From a virus (Duplodnaviria; Caudoviricetes): 43,142 bases of DNA. Below the pieces are notes generated by a model, which was not told where the DNA came from, did not search any database, and worked only from the letters and a program-made list of their open reading frames with translations. Of this stretch, positions 7,079 through 14,808 are shown piece after piece (position 1 is the first letter of the stretch; the number at the start of each line of letters is the position of its first letter). The position numbers and the translations under genes were made by a program. The stretch is taken from IMG/VR virus record IMGVR_UViG_3300020016_000017, positions 1 to 43,142 of that record; one strand, given 5' to 3'.

Positions 7079-9484
7079 TTACACTCCCGGTCTGGTTGGC
7101 GGCGCGGTCATCTTGAACTGGGCCATGGCGCGGCGCTCGTCCTGCTTCGCCAGCATGTCCTGCTGCTTGATCTGCGAGGCCTGCTTGGCCATGTCGATCT
7201 TCACGGCGCCCGCCTGCAGGTCGGCCTGCTTCTTGACCATGTCGGCCTGATGCTTCTCGCGATCGGCCATCATCTTCAGCTGGGCCTGCTGCGCCTTCTC
7301 CGCGCCGTCACCCTGCTTGGCCTGCAGGTCGGCCAGCTTCATCTTCTCGTTGCTGGCGATCTTCATCTGCTCGTGCTTGTCGCGCATGCCCATCTCGGCC
7401 TGCTTGAGCTGGGCGTCCTGCGCGTCCTTCTGCTGCGCGTGGGCGATCTTCATCGCCTCGATCTCCTTGGCGGTGTTGGCCTGCACCGTGGTCGGGTCCG
7501 GCCCCTTCGGGGCCTCGGCCTTGGTCTGCATCAGCTCGACGAGGTCGTCGATGGCGCCGTCGAGGCTTCTCCCGGCGCGGTAGGGCGCGGTCGCGAACTT
7601 CAATACCTCGCCGCAGAAGCCTGCGGTCTGCGGCTCGACCATGATCATCTGAGTGAGCTGCGGCAGCAGCTGGGCGAGCACGGCGACGAACTCCGCGCGG
7701 CGCTGCTTCTCGGAGTTCTCGTCGAGCTGGATGGTGCTGTCGCTCTCGATGTCGAGGGTAAAGGACTTGGTGCGACTGTCGCGGAACAGCTCCATGACCT
7801 GATCGAAGGTCGGCGCCTCGATGATCTTCTTGAGCGCCTTGTGCCCTTCCGCGACCACGGCCTCGGCCTGCGCCAGCAGCGCCTGCGGGTCGCCACCCGG
7901 CGGAGCGGCCGTGGCGCCACCGGGCGGTCCGCCCGGCGGCGCGGCTGGCGGGCCGCCGGGCGGCGCTCCCGGAGCGGTCGGGCCGCCGGGTGGGGGCCCA
8001 CCGGGAGGGGCTTGCTGCTGCAGCATCTGGCGCGCCATGGCGAGCTGCTGCTGCTGCTGCATCAGCTGCTGGCTCAGCTCGCGCGCCTGCTTCTCCTGCA
8101 TCTTGGTGGTCGGGAGCTGGGTCTGGCTCATCGCGATGATGGTCAGCTCGTCGAAGTTCTCGGTGATGATTTCGGCGGTGATGTTGACGAGGTCGCGCGC
8201 GATGCGGACCAGCTCCTCCTGCTTGTCCTTGATGCGGCTGGAGCCGTACTGGGTTTTCAGCTCCTGCGCGCCGAGCGTCTCGCGCGCGTCGGTGGCGCCG
8301 CGCATGATGTCGGACAGGCCCATGATCTGGTAGATGTCCTGAATGATCTGCTGGCGCAGCGTGACGCACTGCTGGATGGTCGCCGCGATCTCCTGAATGG
8401 GCAGCCAGATGATCACCTCTTTCGATCCGCCGAAGGCGGCCCAGTTGCTGATCGGGACCAGCATGCGGCCGGGCGTGTTGGTGGTGATCGCCGCCTGTAT
8501 CGCCTCGCTGAGTTCGGCGCCGCCGGCCGGGTAGAAGCCCTTGGCCTCCAGCGCGCTGGAGAGCGCGTGGATCTTGGCGGTCAGCGTGTCGATCTCGTTG
8601 AGCTGGTCCTCGTACTGCAGCGCGTCAGGCACCGGAACGAGCGAGCCGCGCTGCAGGGTGCCGTAGGCCGGCTTGGGGCAGGGGAAGAAGTCGACGCAGT
8701 CGAGGTGTGGATCCGCCTCGTCGAGGATGTCCTCGCAGCCCTCGGCGACCCAGACCACGCGGCGGTTGGCCTTGTCCCAGATTTCCCAGAATTTGGCGCG
8801 TTCACGGGCATCCGCGCCGCCGATCTCCTTGACGTCGCGGTCGACCTTGTAGTCGGCCTCCTTGTAGCAGTCGCCGCTGGTGGCGTGGAACCGCTCGCGC
8901 GCCTGCGCGCGGGTCAGGTAGGAGGCGGCGGCGACCCACGTCACCTCGAACCAGTTGCGCGCGACGGTGTGGAGGAAGTCGCGGCGCTGCTTGAAGTCGA
9001 CGCAGACGCATTCGTAGTCGTGGTGCTTGTCCTTCTCCTCGTAGCGGCACCACGCCACGCCGCGGCCGTAGAGGGCGACGTCGTTGCGCACCAGCAGCAT
9101 CAGGTCGTTGATGTGGCAGAGGTCGAAGCTCGCCGTGACGCAGCGTTCGAGCACCTCGGAGGCTGCCTGCGGCACCGGGCGGCGGTCCTTCCACTTCGGC
9201 GTGACGACCGGCTGCGGCGGCTTGGCGTAGATGGAGGGGCCGATGACCTCGATGTTGGCCCAGAGCATCTGGAACTCGCGGTCGCGGCTGGCACTGCTCA
9301 GGCGGTCGATGTTGGCATACCGCCTGTCGATCTTGTCGCAGTGGTCGTTCCAGCTGTCGAACGCCTTCTCGCTCTCGCGCAGCAGGTTGAGCCACGCGTC
9401 GGCCTTGTCGGGCTCCAGCCTGACGTCGAACTCAAGGTCATCGTGGCGGACGTCGTCGTCGGCCGGAGGGGGCGTGTCGACCAT
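7079..9484 (-). CDS. Portal protein (P22-like, with C-terminal Gln/Ala-rich coiled-coil barrel)
   Basis: 801 aa, follows terL; G.GVAW..Y, FWEIWDK, FFPCPKP and DI.RG...A.ET.GAQ.LK motifs; long helical tail. Confidence 0.85.
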   Translation of the reverse strand: MVDTPPPADDDVRHDDLEFDVRLEPDKADAWLNLLRESEKAFDSWNDHCDKIDRRYANIDRLSSASRDREFQMLWANIEVIGPSIYAKPPQPVVTPKWKDRRPVPQAASEVLERCVTASFDLCHINDLMLLVRNDVALYGRGVAWCRYEEKDKHHDYECVCVDFKQRRDFLHTVARNWFEVTWVAAASYLTRAQARERFHATSGDCYKEADYKVDRDVKEIGGADARERAKFWEIWDKANRRVVWVAEGCEDILDEADPHLDCVDFFPCPKPAYGTLQRGSLVPVPDALQYEDQLNEIDTLTAKIHALSSALEAKGFYPAGGAELSEAIQAAITTNTPGRMLVPISNWAAFGGSKEVIIWLPIQEIAATIQQCVTLRQQIIQDIYQIMGLSDIMRGATDARETLGAQELKTQYGSSRIKDKQEELVRIARDLVNITAEIITENFDELTIIAMSQTQLPTTKMQEKQARELSQQLMQQQQQLAMARQMLQQQAPPGGPPPGGPTAPGAPPGGPPAAPPGGPPGGATAAPPGGDPQALLAQAEAVVAEGHKALKKIIEAPTFDQVMELFRDSRTKSFTLDIESDSTIQLDENSEKQRRAEFVAVLAQLLPQLTQMIMVEPQTAGFCGEVLKFATAPYRAGRSLDGAIDDLVELMQTKAEAPKGPDPTTVQANTAKEIEAMKIAHAQQKDAQDAQLKQAEMGMRDKHEQMKIASNEKMKLADLQAKQGDGAEKAQQAQLKMMADREKHQADMVKKQADLQAGAVKIDMAKQASQIKQQDMLAKQDERRAMAQFKMTAPPTRPGV

Positions 9485-9640
9485 CTAAGCCTCCCCGCGC
9501 CAGATCCGGCGCAGCATCTCGTCGTCGTGATAGCGATAGCTCGGCAGCATGCCGAGCTTGGCCCACGTGCGATAGTGCTTCCCGACCCGCCACGCCAGCC
9601 AGATCGCGCGGACGTGGCGGATGACCGGCCAGCGTTTCAT
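9485..9640 (-). CDS. Small basic Trp-rich hypothetical protein, 51 aa
   Basis: Read manually: MKRWPVIRHVRAIWLAWRVGK...RGEA*; ATGA overlap upstream, stop abuts the portal ATG. Confidence 0.6.
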   Translation of the reverse strand: MKRWPVIRHVRAIWLAWRVGKHYRTWAKLGMLPSYRYHDDEMLRRIWRGEA

Positions 9641-10023
9641 GCCGCGGCGCTCCGGTATTCCCACGCATTACCACAGACCGGGCACGCGAGCATCAGCCGG
9701 TTTTTGTCGCGGTAGACGCGCTTGCTGGCGCGGCTGTCGCACTGCGGACAGGCGCGCGAGCTACGCGGGCTTGCCGTGGTTGGCAGCGGGCCGAGTGGTG
9801 CGATCCACTGTGATCCCAAATCTTGCTCGACCCGCTTGGCGACAGACTGCGGTGTGATCTCGACCGCCGCGCCGAGATCGGGCACGGGGATTTTTTCAGT
9901 GAGCAGATTACTCGCGTCGATCAGCAGCTGCGCGGCGTCGCGGATGGCGTGGTCGGCGTCGTCGCCGTAGTGGCCGATGATGTAGGCGGCGCAGGTGCGC
10001 ATGCGGTCGGTCAGCTCGCTCAT
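9637..10023 (-). CDS. Hypothetical protein with C-terminal Zn ribbon
   Basis: MSELTDRMR..., 128 aa; CPQC...CPVC; ATGA overlap. Confidence 0.7.
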   Translation of the reverse strand: MSELTDRMRTCAAYIIGHYGDDADHAIRDAAQLLIDASNLLTEKIPVPDLGAAVEITPQSVAKRVEQDLGSQWIAPLGPLPTTASPRSSRACPQCDSRASKRVYRDKNRLMLACPVCGNAWEYRSAAA

Positions 10024-10295
10024 GGCGCGCGCCAGTCGCCCTTGCGCACGAACTGGCCGGTGCGGCGGTACTCTTGGTAGCGGCGATACGCCGGGCTGGC
10101 CTCGAACAGCGCGCGCTCGTTCGCCGTGACCGCGTCGGCGCAGCGATCGAGCGCGGCGAGGTCGAGCACGTCCTGCGCGCGCTGCTCGCGTATTTTCTCC
10201 TTGGCACAGGCGAGCTGCCATCTGGCGTCGGCGAGCTGGCCGCGCAGGTCGCGGATCACCGCGGTCAGGCTCGGCTTGGTCTTGTGCTTCTTCAC
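10020..10295 (-). CDS. Hypothetical coiled-coil protein, 91 aa
   Basis: GTG start overlapping the terL stop (GTGA). Confidence 0.6.
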   Translation of the reverse strand: MKKHKTKPSLTAVIRDLRGQLADARWQLACAKEKIREQRAQDVLDLAALDRCADAVTANERALFEASPAYRRYQEYRRTGQFVRKGDWRAP

Positions 10296-11665
10296 AGCGC
10301 GGCCCTCCTGCGTGGCTCGGGCGGCGGCGGGATGATCCAGCCGCTGAAGGCCGGGTTCGGGGCTGACTTGATCTTGCGCACCGGCGCGCGGCGCCACGCC
10401 ATGCTCAGGTAGCGGAAGGCGTCGGCCGGGTGCGAGGTCCAGTCGTGGACGGCGTTGGCGCGGAACGCCTTCTTGTCGTCGTCCCATTCGCGGCGATACT
10501 GTTCAAGAGCAGATAGACCGCCTTCTTCTGTGCGCGGGTGAAAGACACAAAGGGGCAGTGTTCTGCGGACGGCGTTGATGCCGTCATCAAGAGAATGATG
10601 TGGCACCAGCAGGGGCCGTAGTCCCATCGACTGCATGGTTTCGACCCGCGTCCGCCCCGAGCCCCACTCCTTGATTTTCGCGTCGTGCGGGACGTAGTCG
10701 TCGCCATGGCGCCACCCGTGCTCTTTGTGTTTGGCCTCGATCACGCCGGCGTAGTGCTCCAGCCCGACGCCGGAGGCGGCGTAGTGGTCCAAGATGCTGA
10801 TCTGGCTGCCGCGCGGCTGGAACCACCAGATGCTGGTGTCGTCGCCGACGCCCAAGTCCCACGCGCGGTGGACCGGCTCGCCGGGTATGGCCTGCACCTC
10901 CGCGACGCGGCCCTCGTCGCGCACGTCCTTCATCTCGCGGGCGTAGAAGGCGCCGAGGATGGCGGCGTGCCAGTCGCAGAGGTATTCCTGCCGGAACTGG
11001 GCCTCGCCGACATCCGCGCCGTAGAGCGCCTGATACTCTTCCAGCGCCTCTTCGAGCTGCAGGGTGGAGAGCGTCCCGGTGTCGACCGCGGTCAGCCGCT
11101 CGCAGAACCAGCCCGGCGTCTTGGAGGCGTGGTTGAACATCGCGTGGGCGTGGTTCCTTCCTCTTGGGGTGGTGATGAACGCGGCCCAGCCGTTGTTCTC
11201 CTCGACGATCGGGCGGTGGTAGGCCCACGCGCTCGGATTGGCCAAGGCCCACTCGGAGTAGGTGACGCCGGCGACGCCGGAGCCGACGGTCGCGTCAAAG
11301 CGGTCGGAGCCGATGAGCTGCCATGTCGAGCCATTCTTGAACCTGATGAACATCTCGTGGTCGTTGGTGTTGGCGCGCATCGCCTCGGGGAACGCCTCGT
11401 CGATACGCCTGCGCCCGGTGTGCGGGTTGACCGCGGTCCAGATCGCCTTCCTCGCCTGCCCGTACTCGGGCAGGCAGTGCCAGTAGTTGCCGACGCGCTT
11501 CCACGCGGAAACGGCGCTGTGGTGCAGGCAGATCTCGTCCTTGCCGGCGCGGCGGTGCCACACCGCCATGGCGCGCCTGCCGCCCTCCTGCAGGAAGGTC
11601 CAGAGCCCGGCCTGATGGCGCCGCGGCAGCCAGCCGTGGCTGGGCAGCTCGACCTCGGTCGCCAC
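10292..11665 (-). CDS. terL: Terminase large subunit
   Basis: HRRAGKD Walker A, YSEW Walker B-like, ITTPRG coupling motif, nuclease WDLG..D and HPADAFRY. Confidence 0.92.
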   Translation of the reverse strand: MATEVELPSHGWLPRRHQAGLWTFLQEGGRRAMAVWHRRAGKDEICLHHSAVSAWKRVGNYWHCLPEYGQARKAIWTAVNPHTGRRRIDEAFPEAMRANTNDHEMFIRFKNGSTWQLIGSDRFDATVGSGVAGVTYSEWALANPSAWAYHRPIVEENNGWAAFITTPRGRNHAHAMFNHASKTPGWFCERLTAVDTGTLSTLQLEEALEEYQALYGADVGEAQFRQEYLCDWHAAILGAFYAREMKDVRDEGRVAEVQAIPGEPVHRAWDLGVGDDTSIWWFQPRGSQISILDHYAASGVGLEHYAGVIEAKHKEHGWRHGDDYVPHDAKIKEWGSGRTRVETMQSMGLRPLLVPHHSLDDGINAVRRTLPLCVFHPRTEEGGLSALEQYRREWDDDKKAFRANAVHDWTSHPADAFRYLSMAWRRAPVRKIKSAPNPAFSGWIIPPPPEPRRRAAL

Positions 11666-11957
11666 GTCAGGCGCCCGGGGCGGGCGCCACGCCGGCCGCA
11701 GGCTTGGGGCACAAGGCGGCGCGGCGCCCTGCGGCCGCGCTCCCGGCGAGGAGCACGCGGCCGGTTTTAGCGGGCGGTTTACGGGCTGGATCAGCAGACC
11801 AGCTAAAAGGATTAACGGTAATACCAGAAAAGGGTTTAACTAAATCATCGGGCGTTCCAGCGACAGTTGGCCTCGCACCGCCGGTGCTTTGATTGGTACC
11901 ATTTACGATCGAATGGGGGTGGGGATTAGCCAGCCCTTGCGACAGGTACTGACTAAT

Positions 11958-12004
11958 CCCCCGACCATTACGCTGTACGCACCCCCGACCATTACGCTGT
12001 ACGC
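11958..12004. repeat. Tandem direct repeat, 2 x 23 bp (CCCCCGACCATTACGCTGTACGC), in the AT-richer terS-terL gap
   Basis: Copies at 11958-11980 and 11982-12004; partial ACCATT copies near 11898 and 12012. Confidence 0.9.
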
Positions 12005-12084
12005 TACGCACACCATTAAGCCTAATCATGACCAACGGATTTGTAATCCGCTGTTTATCGCTGCGAGAGTAGGATAACTTGCGC

Positions 12085-12369
12085 TCATGTCGCATCTGTG
12101 TCGCGTCCAGTATTCTCGATGACCTTCGGCTCGGTCGGCGCGATCGTATTCTGGATGATGTGCCTAATGGTAACCCTAATATCCCCCTCGCCGTCCTCGC
12201 CGGTGTGCGTCTGCGGCGGCTTGCCCCAGCCGCGATCGAGCAGCGCGACGCACGCGGCGACGCGCGCAGCGTCGGTGTCGCCGTGCTGCGCAATGCCGCC
12301 AAGCTGCTGCACGGCCACGTCGGTCCACTGACGCGCCAAGCTCCTGATATTGACTGGTGCTCTGGCCAC
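12085..12369 (-). CDS. terS: Terminase small subunit (putative)
   Basis: 94 aa upstream of terL; ARVAACVALLDRGWGKPPQ motif typical of small terminase-like proteins; GAGGTG RBS. Confidence 0.7.
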   Translation of the reverse strand: MARAPVNIRSLARQWTDVAVQQLGGIAQHGDTDAARVAACVALLDRGWGKPPQTHTGEDGEGDIRVTIRHIIQNTIAPTEPKVIENTGRDTDAT

Positions 12370-12376
12370 TTACACC

Positions 12377-12562
12377 TCACCCGCCATCCGCGCCGCGCTC
12401 CTCCAGCTTGGTCACCCGGTCCGCGATCGCCACCATGCTCTCGGCCAGCCGCGTCGTCACCGCGAGCAGCTGGCGCTGCAGCCGCTCCAGATCGGCCACC
12501 GCGACCTGCCGCGCCTTGACGATCTCGCTGTCGACGAAGCTGACGACCTTCATCCCGGCCAT
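12377..12562 (-). CDS. Small coiled-coil hypothetical protein
   Basis: 61 aa, heptad pattern, typical codons. Confidence 0.55.
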   Translation of the reverse strand: MAGMKVVSFVDSEIVKARQVAVADLERLQRQLLAVTTRLAESMVAIADRVTKLEERGADGG

Positions 12563-12601
12563 GACCGCACCCTGTGGATAACTGCCGCAGAATGCGCCGC
12601 G

Positions 12602-12883
12602 TCAGGCCGTCGCGTCAAGTTGAGGCTGGCGCGCAGCACGCTTGCGCCGCGGCGGCACCCGCGGCTTGAGCCCGTGCGCCAGCATCGCGCGCAGCAGCAG
12701 CACCACGCTCACCGGGACCTCGGCGTCACCGCTGGCGTAGCGCCGCAGCGTGCGCTCCGACACCCCGAGGAAGCGCCCGATCGCCGAGGCCGACACGCCG
12801 AGCGTGGCCGCCGTGCGCTCGAACTCGGCCGGTGACATCGCCCGCTTGTCCTGCCAGCCGGCGTCTCGTTCTCTCGCAGCCAT
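12602..12883 (-). CDS. Small XRE/Cro-type HTH regulator (Aca-like)
   Basis: FERTAATLGVSASAIGRFLGVSERTLRRYASGDAEVP; start ATG 12883 or 12838; paralogue of 26936..27130. Confidence 0.8.
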   Translation of the reverse strand: MAARERDAGWQDKRAMSPAEFERTAATLGVSASAIGRFLGVSERTLRRYASGDAEVPVSVVLLLRAMLAHGLKPRVPPRRKRAARQPQLDATA

Positions 12884-12944
12884 TGCACACCTTTTGCGTC
12901 GTTTTGCGCAGTCCGGCATAGCAGGTTCCAGCCCGGCACGATAG

Positions 12945-12999
12945 TGCCGAAACGGCATGAAATTAGCTGTTGACATACATGCCAAATTGGCACTAATCT
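12945..12999 (+). promoter_or_regulatory. sigma70 promoter (TTGACA) with two TGCC-N5-GGCA operators
   Basis: TTGACA 12970-12975, TAATCT 12994-12999; palindromes TGCCGaaaCGGCA (12945-12957) and TGCCAaatTGGCA (12980-12992, inside the spacer). Confidence 0.7.
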
Positions 13000-13024
13000 G
13001 CACTGGTCAACAACGGAGATCGAC

Positions 13025-13402
13025 ATGACCAAGTACACCGACGGCTCCCTGATCCGCACCAAGCAGACCTTCGGCGAGACGATCAGCGAGGGCCACACCG
13101 ACTTCGACCTGCTCGACTACAAAGGCCGCAGGATCGGCGCCAATTGGCGCATCTTCCACATCACCGTGACGCCGGCCGGTGACGCGCCGTCGGGCTACGG
13201 CTTCATCTACATGGAACGCCCCGACCTGACCGGCGAGCGCGTCGCGATCGCCCACACCGTCACCCGCAACGGCGAGCGCTTCGGCGGCGCCGGCTGCTGG
13301 CGCGAAGTCCACGCCGACGTCGCCAGCGCGGTCGCCGCCATCGCCGCCAAGAGCGAGAACGCCCGCAAGCGTTACGCCCGCAAGCCGCAGGAGGCCCGCT
13401 GA
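13025..13402 (+). CDS. Hypothetical early protein, 125 aa
   Basis: CGGAGA RBS, strongly biased codons, first gene after the TTGACA promoter. Confidence 0.8.
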   Translation: MTKYTDGSLIRTKQTFGETISEGHTDFDLLDYKGRRIGANWRIFHITVTPAGDAPSGYGFIYMERPDLTGERVAIAHTVTRNGERFGGAGCWREVHADVASAVAAIAAKSENARKRYARKPQEAR

Positions 13403-13773
13403 TGGGCAGCGAGAACAACCCGTTCTACGAGGAGGCGCTCGACGCCCAGCGCCTCGCCGCCGACAGCTTCGCCCGCAACACCGCAAGGAAAACCATCATG
13501 GACGGCCTGCCCGACCTCGTGCTGCCGCAGGTTTCGATCAACGGCTCGCACCCCGACGACCTGCTCGCGCAGCAATCAGCCGTGATCACCGCGCTCGCCC
13601 AGCTCCAGCGCCGCATGGCCGCCGCCCGCCCGCACGGCCGCGACTACCAGTACCGCCCGGCCGAATACGCAGCCGCCCGCTACGCATGGGCCGCGCGCGA
13701 GGACCTGCTGCTCGCGCTGCAGCAGGACCTCGTCGACCACGCCAAGGCGATCAGCCGCTCGGTGCAACGCTAG
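13402..13773 (+). CDS. Hypothetical early protein, 123 aa
   Basis: TGATG overlap with the previous gene, GGAGG RBS; IN(G)S....L...and PHGRDY motifs. Confidence 0.8.
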   Translation: MGSENNPFYEEALDAQRLAADSFARNTARKTIMDGLPDLVLPQVSINGSHPDDLLAQQSAVITALAQLQRRMAAARPHGRDYQYRPAEYAAARYAWAAREDLLLALQQDLVDHAKAISRSVQR

Positions 13774-14108
13774 TCGTCGCAGCCGCCCGCCGCCGCGTCC
13801 AGCTCGCTCTGCAGCGAGGGGACGCGGTGCTTCTCCAGCAACACCGCCAAGGCGTCGATCAGCGCGTCCGCCCGGGCGCGCTTTTCCACTGCCTGATCGC
13901 GATCGTGGCGGTATTGCTCGACCTCGGTCTGCAATCTGGCATGCGCCAGCCGCAGCGCGTCGTGCTCCGCGTGGAGCCCGCGGTGCTCGACCTTCAGCTT
14001 GTCGAACGCCTGCTGGCAGGCGTCGCGCTCCTCCTCGGCCTCGACCACCGCCATCAGCCCGGCCTCGACGCGATCGCGCCGCCCGGTCGTCGTCCCGTTC
14101 GTGTTCAT
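13770..14108 (-). CDS. Coiled-coil hypothetical protein
   Basis: MNTNGTTTGRRDRVEAGL..., ATGA overlap; long heptad helix; 112 aa. Confidence 0.65.
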   Translation of the reverse strand: MNTNGTTTGRRDRVEAGLMAVVEAEEERDACQQAFDKLKVEHRGLHAEHDALRLAHARLQTEVEQYRHDRDQAVEKRARADALIDALAVLLEKHRVPSLQSELDAAAGGCDD

Positions 14109-14446
14109 CGACGGCAACTCCATGAATTTCCGTTCCACACCGTGCGCCGGCCGTGCCGCTTGCACGTCTCCTGATCCGGCTTGCGGATCGTCACCACGAC
14201 GGTCCGCACCGGACGGGGCTCCACCGGCGCAGCGGAGGCCGGTGGTGCGTTTTGCACCGGCTGGGGTGCCGGAGGCAGGGCCACCAGCGCGTCGCGCACC
14301 AGCAGCTGCCGCACCGGCTCCCACCGCTGCTCGAACGTGAGCGGCACCGCCTCGACCATCGCCGGGTGCCGGTCCTGTATCTTCTCGCCCGCCCCCGCCG
14401 CCGAGACGCTCGCGAGCAGAACCGCCATCATCATCCACATCCTCAT
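14105..14446 (-). CDS. Exported protein with N-terminal signal peptide
   Basis: MRMWMMMAVLLASVSAAGA (A-x-A cleavage pattern), AGGAGG RBS, C-terminal Cys pair; 113 aa. Confidence 0.65.
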   Translation of the reverse strand: MRMWMMMAVLLASVSAAGAGEKIQDRHPAMVEAVPLTFEQRWEPVRQLLVRDALVALPPAPQPVQNAPPASAAPVEPRPVRTVVVTIRKPDQETCKRHGRRTVWNGNSWSCRR

Positions 14447-14613
14447 GCTCTCCTCCTGTCCCGCTCCGCAATAAATGCTTCCGCCACAACGAAAGCCCGC
14501 TCGATCGGGGTGTCGACGTGTCCGCCGCCCCGCGCGCTGATCGGGCCGCCCGCGCCGTAGGCCGACACCAGCAGCCGCGCCGCCAGTTCCTCCACATCCT
14601 TCCGGTCGTCCAT
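14443..14613 (-). CDS. Small hypothetical protein, 56 aa
   Basis: Read manually: MDDRKDVEELAARLLVSAYG...ERDRRRA*; GGAGG RBS, ATGA overlap. Confidence 0.55.
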   Translation of the reverse strand: MDDRKDVEELAARLLVSAYGAGGPISARGGGHVDTPIERAFVVAEAFIAERDRRRA

Positions 14614-14653
14614 TCCAGCCTCCTGTTTGAGCCCCCGACTGTCCTGCGAGAGC

Positions 14654-14808
14654 GGTTACGCCTAGTAACTCATCTGGTAACGTGTTTTTCGTCCTTCTTC
14701 TCAACTACTTAACACCAAGTAACACAAGTAACAGTATATATACTTGGAGGACCTAACAGGTAAAATAAAAGAGTACGACACCCCCGTGTTACCTGTTACC
14801 TGTTACCT
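14654..14808. other. Putative replication origin (AT-rich, GTAAC/GTTAC iterons)
   Basis: About 8 GTAAC/GTTAC copies in both orientations, including (GTTACCT)x3 at 14788-14808; AGTATATATACT palindrome at 14733-14744; located at the 3' end of the primase-helicase gene. Confidence 0.65.

Noticed and set aside
6911-9715. Very long antisense ORFs (934 aa here; also 777..2558, 3177..5090, 14996..17059, 29273..31321, 31012..33318)
   Set aside because: They mirror well-supported genes on the other strand; high GC3 removes antisense stops; the translations carry no recognisable motifs.
11800-11845. Additional full CtrA boxes (also near 21034-21052 and 17813-17836)
   Set aside because: TTAA(C) half-sites are present but spacing or the second half-site does not fit TAA-N7-TTAAC.
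11958-12020. Possible mini-CRISPR array
   Set aside because: Only two 23-bp copies separated by 1 nt, with no spacers.
11667-12380. 237-aa minus ORF spanning terS and the terS-terL gap
   Set aside because: It overlaps terS out of frame, has atypical codons and translates the DNA repeat (VQRNGRG x2). Its stop 1 nt before the terL start means a shorter coupled ORF cannot be fully excluded.
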